Positions 8,385 through 16,118 of a stretch of DNA of 32,000 nucleotides are shown here, piece by piece (position 1 is the stretch's first letter; the number at the start of each line of letters is the position of its first letter). The DNA is taken from the NCBI RefSeq assembly GCF_019464535.1, contig NZ_CP080507.1:2940001-2972000 (forward strand), given 5' to 3'. A program made the translations under genes and the position numbers. The notes beneath the pieces are model-generated. The model had not been told where the DNA came from and did no database searches. It saw nothing but the letters and a program-made list of their open reading frames with translations. The stretch is from Horticoccus luteus (GTDB taxonomy: Bacteria; Verrucomicrobiota; Verrucomicrobiia; Opitutales; Opitutaceae).

Positions 8385-8915
8385 TTACTGCTTCGCCGCC
8401 TTCGCCGGCACTTTCTTGAATCGATAAACCAGCGGACGATTCCGCGTATTGTGCAGCTCGATCAGCACGAGATCCTGATCGCCCTCGACGAGCCGGTATT
8501 CCTGATAAAGACGCATCGTGCGGTCGCCCTGCGAAATCTCGATCGGCGCCACCGCTTCCACGCGCAACGTGCGCCCGTCGTCGAGCCACTTGGCCGTCAC
8601 GTGCGTCTTCTCTCCGCGCCGCGGATAGACCGCCATGTGCCGCTGTTCCACGCGGAAGAAATCCTTCACGTCGGCCGGCGCCGCCGTGTCCACCACGTCG
8701 GTGGAGCTCTCCTGCGTCTTGCCCCAGGTCATGTCATGCTGGAGCGACACCTTCGAGCCGTCGACCGCGACGACGAGATCCCACGTCGTCCAGCCATCCA
8801 GCGCCGTGCTGCGCGGCACATCGAGCCGCCAACGGCCATTGAAGGCCGAATCGGCGGCGCCGAGGCGCCCCAGCACCAGCGCGCCAAAAACTAAAGCCAA
8901 GATTGCGCGTTTCAT
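8385..8915 (-). CDS. Small secreted hypothetical protein (beta-rich, lipocalin-like by composition)
   Basis: ORF 8385..8927 trimmed to the ATG at comp. 8913-8915 (MKRAILALVFGALVLGRLGAADS, a signal peptide). Its TAA stop (8385-8387) is 1 nt from the ATG of the GxGYxYP gene (8381-8383). No family recognised. Confidence 0.7.
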   Translation of the reverse strand: MKRAILALVFGALVLGRLGAADSAFNGRWRLDVPRSTALDGWTTWDLVVAVDGSKVSLQHDMTWGKTQESSTDVVDTAAPADVKDFFRVEQRHMAVYPRRGEKTHVTAKWLDDGRTLRVEAVAPIEISQGDRTMRLYQEYRLVEGDQDLVLIELHNTRNRPLVYRFKKVPAKAAKQ

Positions 8916-8950
8916 CCCGCCACCCAACTCCGCCGCTCGCGGAAAGACTA

Positions 8951-8979
8951 GGCGAAAGATGCTGAAAATTTCCTTCGCC
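8951..8979 (-). terminator. Possible terminator or hairpin after rlmM
   Basis: The minus strand reads ggcgaagg-aaattttcagcat-ctttcgcc (6 bp, one mismatch, then 1 bp) followed by tagtctttcc. The U-tract is weak. Confidence 0.35.
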
Positions 8980-8987
8980 CGCGGAAC

Positions 8988-9992
8988 TTAGACCATTTCA
9001 CCGACCACCGTGAATTCCTCGCGGTCGTGAAACAAATGCCGCACGCGCACCGCCTGGGCTCGCGCCAGCGGCGACTCCGCCGCCGCGAGTTCGCGCAGGA
9101 GGCCGATCGCGTCCACCCGCCCGAATTTAAGATTCACCACAAAGCGACGGCACCAGCCCCGCGCGAGCCACGGTCCCACGATATGTTGCAACACATGGTG
9201 CGGCTCCTCGACCAAATCGCAGAACAACCAGTCCACACCGCCCTCCGCCGGCGCGTAGCGAAACGCGTCCTCCCGCCGGTGTTCGATCTGCGGATGATCG
9301 AGCGCGCCGCCTTTCAGCGGACCATTGTCGACCGCGAGGACCCGCGCTCCGCGCTTCGCCGCGCTGTAACTCCAACCGCCCGGCGCCGCGCCCAAATCGA
9401 CCACGAGCTCGCCCGCCTGCGGCTCGCGCCCGAGCACTCCATACGCTTCCTCGACTTTCAGATAGGAACGCGAGGGCGCCAGCGGATCGTCCGCCATCCG
9501 CCTCGCGCCGTGCACGAACGCGTCCCGCGACACCCACGCGCGGCCGAAATCCGTAAAGAAAACAAACAACCCCCGCACCGCGCCCGCGCCCCGCGGCAGC
9601 TCCGGCGTTGCCAGCTTCGCCACCCGCGACAAACGCTTTTTGAGCGCCTCGCCGCACGCGTTTTCCACCGCGCCGATGCGCCGTCCCAGCCCCACCATTT
9701 CCGCCGGCCCGAGCCACACGCTCGGCCACGTGCCTTCGATGCGTTCACCTTTGAGCCGCGTGAGAAAAAATTTCGCAATCTGCCCCGCCAGCGCGTTCAC
9801 CGATTCCCCGCGAACCTCCACCGGTTCGCGCAACGTGAAATGCGCCATCGCCATCCGCTCGACCCCTCGCTCGTCGAGCGCCGTTTCCAACCGCACCCAG
9901 CCCGCCCCGCTCTCGGCCACCGTCGCGCCATGCAGCTCCGTCAACTCGCGCGCGAGCAACGCTTCGAAACCAGCCTGGCAGGTGAGCAACAT
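8988..9992 (-). CDS. rlmM: 23S rRNA (cytidine-2'-O)-methyltransferase RlmM (YgdE family)
   Basis: 334 aa. The N-terminus MLLTCQAGFEALLARE matches the THUMP-like start of RlmM. The C-terminal half is colinear with E. coli RlmM blocks: APSRSYLKVEEAY, VDLGAAPGGWSY, AVDNGPL, FCDLVEEP, WLARGWCRRFVVNLKF, LFHDREEFTV. Confidence 0.85.
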   Translation of the reverse strand: MLLTCQAGFEALLARELTELHGATVAESGAGWVRLETALDERGVERMAMAHFTLREPVEVRGESVNALAGQIAKFFLTRLKGERIEGTWPSVWLGPAEMVGLGRRIGAVENACGEALKKRLSRVAKLATPELPRGAGAVRGLFVFFTDFGRAWVSRDAFVHGARRMADDPLAPSRSYLKVEEAYGVLGREPQAGELVVDLGAAPGGWSYSAAKRGARVLAVDNGPLKGGALDHPQIEHRREDAFRYAPAEGGVDWLFCDLVEEPHHVLQHIVGPWLARGWCRRFVVNLKFGRVDAIGLLRELAAAESPLARAQAVRVRHLFHDREEFTVVGEMV

Positions 9993-10018
9993 CGCGCCGA
10001 ACGTGCCCGTCCTCGTTT

Positions 10019-10046
10019 GCGCCGCGAGCCGAATCGTTCGCGGCGC
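10019..10046. other. GC-rich 9-bp hairpin in the SDR-rlmM spacer
   Basis: gcgccgcga(10019-10027) pairs with tcgcggcgc(10038-10046) around a 10-nt loop. There is no U-tract on either strand, so its function is unknown. Confidence 0.4.
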
Positions 10047-10146
10047 TCATGCGCACCGGCCACCATGGTTTCCCCAACAGCGTGCGCGCGAGCCCGGCGT
10101 GACTCGCGCCCTTCGCTGCAACACGCACCCGGTGATCTCGATCAGC

Positions 10147-10929
10147 TCACAACCGCTGCAGATGAAACCCGCCGTCGATGTCGAACACCGCGCCCGTCGA
10201 AAACGGGAACCGGTCCTCCGCGATCGCGCGCACCGCGCGACCCACATCCTCCGGCTTCCCCCACCGCCGGATCGGCGTGATCCCGCGCTCGTCGTGCAAA
10301 ATCAGCTTGTCGTATTTTTCCTTCACCCCGCCGGTCATGTCCGTCGCGATCACGCCCGGCCGCAGCTCGTAAACATTGATCCCATCGTTCGCGAGGCGCT
10401 CGGCGAAGAGCTTCGTCATCATCGCCAGCCCCGCCTTCACCATGCAGTAATCGCCGCGGTTGATCGACGCCGTATAAACCGAGATCGATGTGATGTTCAC
10501 GATCCGCCCGCGAAACCCCTCCGCGTCCGGCTCCTGTTGCAACATCTGCTTCGCCGCGAGCTGCGTCAGGAAATACGGTCCCTTCAGGTTGATCGCATAC
10601 AAGCGGTCGAAACTCTCCTCGCCCGCCTCGAGCAAATCCGCCCGCACGTTCGGCGCCACGCCCGCGTTGTTCACCAAAAGATCGAGCCGCCCGAATTTCT
10701 CGACGACCTCGGCGATCACCCGCGCGCGATCCTCCGCCGAAGCCACATCGCCCTGCACGGTGAACCCATCCCCGCCCGCCGCCTTCACCAACGCCAACGC
10801 CTCTCCGGCGGCCTGCGCGTTGCCCGCATAATTGATGGCCACGCGGCAACCCGCGCGGGCCAGTTCGATCGCGATGCCGCGGCCGATCCCGCGCGAGGCA
10901 CCCGTGACGAGAGCTGTTTTCGAAGCCAT
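10147..10929 (-). CDS. Short-chain dehydrogenase/reductase (3-oxoacyl-ACP-reductase-like SDR)
   Basis: ORF 10147..10992 trimmed to the ATG at comp. 10927-10929 ([20 protein letters not shown], i.e. TGxxxGIG). Also contains NNAG and a catalytic Y-x3-K (YCMVK). Confidence 0.9.
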   Translation of the reverse strand: MASKTALVTGASRGIGRGIAIELARAGCRVAINYAGNAQAAGEALALVKAAGGDGFTVQGDVASAEDRARVIAEVVEKFGRLDLLVNNAGVAPNVRADLLEAGEESFDRLYAINLKGPYFLTQLAAKQMLQQEPDAEGFRGRIVNITSISVYTASINRGDYCMVKAGLAMMTKLFAERLANDGINVYELRPGVIATDMTGGVKEKYDKLILHDERGITPIRRWGKPEDVGRAVRAIAEDRFPFSTGAVFDIDGGFHLQRL

Positions 10930-11035
10930 GCGCGCGAGCAAGCATGACCTCCCACCGCCCCGCCAGACAATTTGCCGCCATCCGCGAACCAACGTCCCGA
11001 TGCTGGGTCCATCGCCTCATAACTCTTTGTTCACG

Positions 11036-11596
11036 ATGAAAAAATTCACTCTCCTTCTCACGGCTGTCAGCAGCCTGCTCGTTCTCGGTTGTTCCAAAAA
11101 GAACGACGGCTACACCACCACCACGACCAATAACACCATGTCAGACACGACCGCCGCGGCCGACCATGACATGCGCACGGCCGGTGACAAAGTCGCTGAC
11201 GCCAGCCGCGACGCCGCCGATAAAGTCGGCGATGCCGCGCACAAGGCGGGCGACGCCATTCAGGACAAGCTGCAAGACTGGCACCTGACGGGCGACGACA
11301 TCAAAGCCGACCTCCGCAAGTCGGGTGAAGTCGTGCGTTCCAAGTCCAGTGCCGCCGCCGCCAGCACGTCCTCCGCCTTCGACACCGCCCGCATCACCTC
11401 CACGATCAACGCCAAATACGCCACCGACTCCGGCCTCTCGATGTGGAAAATCGACGTCGATACCAACAAGGACGTCGTCACCCTCACCGGCAGCGTCGAT
11501 TCACCCGAGCAAATCGGTCGCGCCATCGCGATCGCCTTGAACACCGATGGCGTTCGCCAAGTCGTTTCGAAGCTCGTCGTGAAGAACAACGGTTGA
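11036..11596 (+). CDS. BON-domain lipoprotein (OsmY-like)
   Basis: ORF 10832..11596 trimmed to the ATG at 11036 (MKKFTLLLTAVSSLLVLGCS, lipobox VLGC). The C-terminal BON-like segment reads ITSTINAKYATDSGLSMWKIDVDTNKDVVTLTGSVDSPEQIGRAIAIALNTDGVRQV. Confidence 0.85.
   Translation: MKKFTLLLTAVSSLLVLGCSKKNDGYTTTTTNNTMSDTTAAADHDMRTAGDKVADASRDAADKVGDAAHKAGDAIQDKLQDWHLTGDDIKADLRKSGEVVRSKSSAAAASTSSAFDTARITSTINAKYATDSGLSMWKIDVDTNKDVVTLTGSVDSPEQIGRAIAIALNTDGVRQVVSKLVVKNNG
11291..11314 (+). repeat. 24-nt block identical to 11853-11876 (paralog signature within the two BON genes)
   Basis: ggcgacgacatcaaagccgacctc occurs at both 11291-11314 and 11853-11876, in frame in both genes (GDDIKADL). Confidence 0.9.
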
Positions 11597-11627
11597 GCTT
11601 CCGGCGGGTTTCAGCCCTCATTCCAGC

Positions 11628-12143
11628 ATGGGCAAACTCTTCTTCTTTCTCATCGGACTTGTGGTCGGCGGCTACGCCGTCCACGTCTACGAACGCAGCG
11701 AGTCCGCTCCCGGTCGATCAAGCCCGGGAACCGGCGCCAGCCTCGGTGACAAAACCCGCGAGACGGCGGGGCGCGCCGCGAGCGAATCTCGCGACGCCGC
11801 CGCCAACGCGCGGGACACCCTTTCTGAAAAGCTTCACGACTGGCATCTCACCGGCGACGACATCAAAGCCGACCTCGCCAAAACCGGCGAAATCGTTCGC
11901 TCCAAAGCCGCGGTCGTCGGCGAACGCATGACCGATGCGCGCATCGTCACCGTGATCAAAGCGAAATACATGCTCGATCGCGAACTTTCCGCCTTCGACA
12001 TCAACATCGATTGCCGCGATGGGCACGTTTCCCTGCGCGGCTCCGTCGCCTCCCCCGACCTCGCCGGCAAAGCCGTGGCGCTCGCCCTCGACACCGACGG
12101 CGTCACCAACGTGAAAGCCGACCTCTCGCCGCGCGCGAAGTAA
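11628..12143 (+). CDS. BON-domain protein with an N-terminal TM anchor; paralog of the upstream gene
   Basis: The N-terminus MGKLFFFLIGLVVGGYAVHVY is hydrophobic. The BON-like segment reads IVTVIKAKYMLDRELSAFDINIDCRDGHVSLRGSVASPDLAGKAVALALDTDGVTNV. It shares the DWHLTGDDIKADL-K-GE-VRSK block with the upstream gene. Confidence 0.85.
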   Translation: MGKLFFFLIGLVVGGYAVHVYERSESAPGRSSPGTGASLGDKTRETAGRAASESRDAAANARDTLSEKLHDWHLTGDDIKADLAKTGEIVRSKAAVVGERMTDARIVTVIKAKYMLDRELSAFDINIDCRDGHVSLRGSVASPDLAGKAVALALDTDGVTNVKADLSPRAK

Positions 12144-12161
12144 ACGTCGGGTCTCGCGTGC

Positions 12162-12185
12162 GGCTCTCGGCGCCCGCCGAGAGCC
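12162..12185. terminator. Hairpin between the convergent BON and AraC genes (possible U-tract-less terminator)
   Basis: ggctctcgg / ccgagagcc form a 9-bp stem with loop cgcccg, and two further potential pairs. No T-run follows on either strand. Confidence 0.3.
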
Positions 12186-12213
12186 GTTCAAACGTTCCCG
12201 GTTCCGCCCGCCC

Positions 12214-13116
12214 TCATCCCCCGCGGCGGTGCCTCAGCAACTCCCGCGGGGCCACGCCATGCACGGCCTTGAAGCAGCGCGAAAAGTGATACGCATCGGC
12301 GAACCCCACGCGCGCCGCCGCCTCCTTCACCAAGCCGCCGTTCTCCACGAGTTGCTCGGCCGCGAGCGTCATCTTCCGGCGTAGCAGATATTGATACGGA
12401 CTGCCGCCGTGATGCCGGCGAAACAACCGGCAGACGCTCGACCCGTCCAAGCCCGCGATCCCGGCGATTTCTTCCAACGTCGAGAGTGTCGCCGCGTTTT
12501 CGTCGATCAACATCTTGCAGCGGAGAAAACGTTCCCGCGCCGGATCACCGCCCCGCGCCTGCACGTCCATTTGCTCCTCCAACTTCAGCAGCAACACCTC
12601 CAGCCGCGCACTCGCAAGCTCCCGGGCCACCGGTGTCGCCCGCTGCGCGTCGTGAATCAGCTCCTCAAACAAATCGCGCATTTCCGCATGCGCGGCCAAT
12701 CGTCGCACCCCGCCCGGCGCCACGCCCGCCCGCGCCAGCCGCGCCGCGCTTCCCTGGCCCGCGAGGCAAACGAAATACTTCACCATGGGCGCGGCGGCGT
12801 CCGTCGCGATGCCGCACCGCGTCTTTAATCCGTAGGCAAACACCGTGCCCGCCGCGATCTCGTGCGTCGCGCCGTCCAGCGTGACGCTGCCCCGCCCCTC
12901 CGCCACGTATTCCAAGCCATGGTAACCGTAGCTCGCTCGTTCGATCCGGTAATCTGAATTGCACCGCTCTCGCCCGCCCAGCGCGGGCCGGCAGCCCACT
13001 CCCCGGCCGGGCGCGAGCTGGAGAAAAAAATAACGCGCCCCGCTCACCTGTTCCGACAGCAGTTCTCGGCGCCGGCGGGCGCCAATTTTATCCAGCTTTT
13101 TTCGCAAAGTATCCAT
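12214..13116 (-). CDS. AraC-family transcriptional regulator
   Basis: 300 aa. N-terminal cupin-like sensor region ([29 protein letters not shown]). C-terminal double HTH: [46 protein letters not shown]...[30 protein letters not shown]. Confidence 0.9.
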   Translation of the reverse strand: MDTLRKKLDKIGARRRRELLSEQVSGARYFFLQLAPGRGVGCRPALGGRERCNSDYRIERASYGYHGLEYVAEGRGSVTLDGATHEIAAGTVFAYGLKTRCGIATDAAAPMVKYFVCLAGQGSAARLARAGVAPGGVRRLAAHAEMRDLFEELIHDAQRATPVARELASARLEVLLLKLEEQMDVQARGGDPARERFLRCKMLIDENAATLSTLEEIAGIAGLDGSSVCRLFRRHHGGSPYQYLLRRKMTLAAEQLVENGGLVKEAAARVGFADAYHFSRCFKAVHGVAPRELLRHRRGG

Positions 13117-13198
13117 TCCGCTCCGGTTTGCTCACGGGCATACTCGTTCCTTCACCGCTGCTGCCAGCCAATTTTATCTAGCAACGACCTTCCCCGCC

Positions 13199-14827
13199 AT
13201 GCCCAAGCTCCCCGCCAAAACCGTCTTGCTCGTCGCCAATGGCGACTTGCGCGCCTCCGCCAACGAAGCCTGCTGGGCCGCCCAGCACGCCATGGAACAG
13301 CAGCTCGCCGCCGCCTTGAAGAAACTCGGCTACAAGCTCGTCCGCGCGCACCCCTACAAGCCCGCTGCCAAACACGGCTTCATCGGCTCCCAAAAAGAAG
13401 GCATGGCCGTTTTCGCCGGCCTCAACCCCGACGCCCCGCTCATCGTCGCCGAAGCCGTCTGGCAATATTCGCACCACGTGTTGCACGGCCTCATCTCGCA
13501 TCGCGGACCCATCCTCACCGTCGCCAATTGGAGCGGCACGTGGCCGGGCCTCGTCGGCATGCTCAACCTCAACGGCTCGCTCACGAAGGCCGGCGTCAAA
13601 TATTCCACGCTGTGGAGCGCGGATTTCACCGACGAATTTTTCACCGCCGGTCTGCAAACCTGGCTCAAGACCGGTTCGCTCAAGCACAAGACCACGCACG
13701 TCCGCCCCCTCGCCCGCACCGCCGTGCCGCCCAAGGCCCGCACCGTCGCGAAAAAAATCGCCGACGACCTCCGCCGCCGGAAGTCCATCATGGGCATTTT
13801 CGACGAAGGCTGCATGGGCATGTATAACGCCATCGTGCCCGATGAACTCTTGTTTCCCTGCGGCGTTTACAAGGAGCGTCTCTCGCAATCGGCCCTCTAC
13901 TACGCCACCACGCAGGTCACCGATGCCGAAGCCCGCGGCGTGTTCGACTGGCTCAAGGCCCGCGGGATGAAATTCCACTTCGGCACCAACCCCGCCACGG
14001 ATCTCACCGAGGCGCAGGTGCTCGCGCAGTGCAAAATCTACATCGCCGCCCTGCGCATCGCCGACGAATTCGGCTGTGAGACCATCGGCATCCAATATCA
14101 GCAGGGCCTCAAGGATCTGCTGCCCGCCTCCGATCTCGCCGAAGGCATCTTGAACAACGCCGATCGCCCGCCCGTCGCCAACGCGCAAGGCGAGATCATC
14201 CGCGACGGCGCGCCGCTCACGCATTTCAACGAGGTCGACGAATGCGCCGGGCTCGACGGCCTGCTCACCCAGCGCGTCCATCAAGCCCTCGGCCAGCCCG
14301 TCGAAAATACCCTGCACGATCTCCGCTGGGGCGATTACGACGCGTCCGGCACCACCAAGGAATACGTGTGGGTGTTTCTCATTTCGGGCAGCGCGCCGCC
14401 CGCGCATCACATCAACGGTTACGCCGGCACTGATTCCCTGCGCCAGCCACCGATGTATTTCCGTCTCGGCGGTGGCACCGTGCGCGGCATCGCCAAGCCC
14501 GGCGAAATCGTCTGGAGCCGCGTGTTCGTCGAAGGCGGCAAACTGAAAATGGACCTCGGCCGCGCGAAGGTCATCGCGTTGCCTCAGGAGGAAACCGAGC
14601 GCCGCTGGCAGGAAACCACCGTGCAATGGCCGATCATGCACGCGGTCACTTACGGCGTCTCTCGCGACCAGATGATGGCCCGCCACAAAGCCAACCACAT
14701 CCACGTCGCCTACGCGAAATCGGCAAAAGACGCCGACCTCGCGCTCTACACCAAAGCTGCCCTCGCCGCCGACCTCGGCCTCGAAGTCAGCCTCTGCGGC
14801 ACCAAAGCCGACGGCGGAAAGTTTTAA
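13199..14827 (+). CDS. L-fucose-isomerase-family sugar isomerase (substrate unknown)
   Basis: 542 aa, roughly colinear with E. coli FucI as I recall it. Block pairs (this protein / FucI): [16 protein letters not shown] / ATENDSLNGVAMLMGHQ; LISGSAPP / INSGSAAL; [23 protein letters not shown] / [32 protein letters not shown] / ANHGVLTIGH. Divergent from the AraC gene across an 82-nt spacer. Confidence 0.7.
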   Translation: MPKLPAKTVLLVANGDLRASANEACWAAQHAMEQQLAAALKKLGYKLVRAHPYKPAAKHGFIGSQKEGMAVFAGLNPDAPLIVAEAVWQYSHHVLHGLISHRGPILTVANWSGTWPGLVGMLNLNGSLTKAGVKYSTLWSADFTDEFFTAGLQTWLKTGSLKHKTTHVRPLARTAVPPKARTVAKKIADDLRRRKSIMGIFDEGCMGMYNAIVPDELLFPCGVYKERLSQSALYYATTQVTDAEARGVFDWLKARGMKFHFGTNPATDLTEAQVLAQCKIYIAALRIADEFGCETIGIQYQQGLKDLLPASDLAEGILNNADRPPVANAQGEIIRDGAPLTHFNEVDECAGLDGLLTQRVHQALGQPVENTLHDLRWGDYDASGTTKEYVWVFLISGSAPPAHHINGYAGTDSLRQPPMYFRLGGGTVRGIAKPGEIVWSRVFVEGGKLKMDLGRAKVIALPQEETERRWQETTVQWPIMHAVTYGVSRDQMMARHKANHIHVAYAKSAKDADLALYTKAALAADLGLEVSLCGTKADGGKF

Positions 14828-14892
14828 CTCTCGCGGCACGAGCGTCGCCTCCGCGCGCCGCTCGTAAAACGCTCCGCGAAGTGCGGTCAACA

Positions 14893-14919
14893 GGTGGGCC
14901 GTGCGCTCCGTCGCGCGGC
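14893..14919 (+). repeat. Copy A of a GC-rich ~26-nt intergenic repeat
   Basis: ggtgggccgtgcgctccgtcgcgcggc matches 17294-17319 and the reverse complement of 17344-17369. The consensus is GGTGG(G)CCG(K)GCGCTCCG(Y)CGCGCGGC. Confidence 0.7.
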
Positions 14920-15023
14920 TCACACGCCGCGCGTGCGTGCACCGCGTCCTCGATTCCTCCGAATTTCGCGCAGATTCGCGTCATTCGCGGGAGGCATCCA
15001 GCGCGGCGCTCCGCGCAAAAGGG

Positions 15024-15716
15024 TCAGTGCGTGCCGTCCGCCTTCTTCCCCTCCGTCGACTTATCCGTTGACGGTTCGCTTTTGTCGTCCCGCGCGCGGC
15101 CCTTCCGCGACGACAACGTTTGCGCGCCCACGTCGAAGTCGACGAGCCCGCGCAATTCTTTCCGGAATTCGTCGTCGTAGTAGCGTTTCATCGCCTCGTT
15201 TTCCTGGGTCACCTCCCAATCGAATCGTCCCAGGATCGGCACGCGCCCCTTGATCCATCGGTCCCACGCCTGCCCGAACGTGAATCGATTGAGCACTCCG
15301 CGCGAAAACCCGCCGGGCGCGCCCATGTATTTGTCCATCGCGTGCGCCTCCAGCCCCCGCGGCGAACGCACATCGCGGTCACTCGGCGGCTTCTCTTCGC
15401 GGACCACATAGCGCGGCAACCGCACGATGCCGTTCGCCGGCTGATCACCGGGCACCTCCGCCTCGGCCTCAGCCTGCCCGGGCGCTTTAGGTGCGGCGTG
15501 CGCCGCCGCTTCCGGAGCAAATTTCGGCATCTTCTCCGCGAGCGCCGCGGCCAGATGAGGCGACACCGCCCGCGGGTGTTTGACTCCCGTCGCATCGCTC
15601 GGCGCCGACGCCGCCTTCTCGTTCACTGCGCTCTCTCGCCGCGCGTCCGGCCCCGCGAACGCCACCGCACCGGTCAATGCCAGCCAGGGGAAGAAGCGCA
15701 CCCAACGTTGAGTCAC
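15024..15716 (-). CDS. Secreted hypothetical protein
   Basis: ORF 15024..15827. I prefer the GTG at comp. 15714-15716 (VTQRWVRFFPWLALTGAVAFAGPDA, a signal peptide). The ATG at 15827 would add a Cys/Arg-rich 37-aa extension and leave only 21 nt for a divergent promoter. The N- and C-terminal regions are low-complexity. No family recognised. Confidence 0.55.
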   Translation of the reverse strand: MTQRWVRFFPWLALTGAVAFAGPDARRESAVNEKAASAPSDATGVKHPRAVSPHLAAALAEKMPKFAPEAAAHAAPKAPGQAEAEAEVPGDQPANGIVRLPRYVVREEKPPSDRDVRSPRGLEAHAMDKYMGAPGGFSRGVLNRFTFGQAWDRWIKGRVPILGRFDWEVTQENEAMKRYYDDEFRKELRGLVDFDVGAQTLSSRKGRARDDKSEPSTDKSTEGKKADGTH

Positions 15717-15848
15717 CGCGTGCACAGGAAAAAGCGTAGCCGCTTGCGACGGACCTGCCACCGTTTTGTTCCAGCCACCTCGGTCGCGACAGCGCAGGCA
15801 GCATTTGATTCTTCCACCAAACCCCATTCTCCTCCGCGCTCGTTTCCC

Positions 15849-16097
15849 ATGAGTTCATCGCTCCCTCCGCTTCCCGCCGAACCCCGGCCCGGCCGCTATC
15901 GCCACTACAAAGGCCGCGACTACCGCGTCCTCGGCCTCGCGCGGCACTCGGAAACGCTTGAACCGCTCGTCGTCTATCAAGCCCTCTACGGCGAGCGCGG
16001 CCTCTGGGTGCGCCCCGCGGCCATGTTCTCCGAAACCATCACCCACGCCGGCGCCGCCGTGCCCCGCTTCACCTTCGTCGCCGACGATCCTTTGTAA
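15849..16097 (+). CDS. DUF1653-family small protein
   Basis: This is the 3' part of spurious ORF 15120..16097, starting at ATG 15849. MSSSLPPLPAEPRPGRYRHYKGRDYRVLGLARHSETLEPLVVYQALYGERGLWVRPAAMF matches the YRHYKG...Y.V...A.HSET.E..VVY..LYG...W.RP..MF pattern of DUF1653. Confidence 0.7.
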   Translation: MSSSLPPLPAEPRPGRYRHYKGRDYRVLGLARHSETLEPLVVYQALYGERGLWVRPAAMFSETITHAGAAVPRFTFVADDPL

Positions 16098-16118
16098 CCT
16101 GGGGCGCTACTCTTCCCC

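Noticed and set aside
6725-8419. 564-aa ORF on the plus strand
   Set aside because: Antisense to the GxGYxYP gene and the start of the small secreted protein gene. The product is extremely Arg/His/Leu-rich. The minus-strand product carries a signal peptide and the GPGYMYP signature.
9027-10280. 417-aa plus-strand ORF (and 9640..10947, 435 aa)
   Set aside because: Antisense to rlmM and the SDR gene, both of which have strong family motifs on the minus strand. The products are Arg/Pro/His-rich.
13178-14923. 581-aa ORF on the minus strand
   Set aside because: It lies entirely antisense to the FucI-family gene. The product is Gly/Ala/Arg/Glu/Val-rich with no motifs. The plus-strand product has family-specific blocks and balanced composition. 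This is a typical high-GC antisense open frame.
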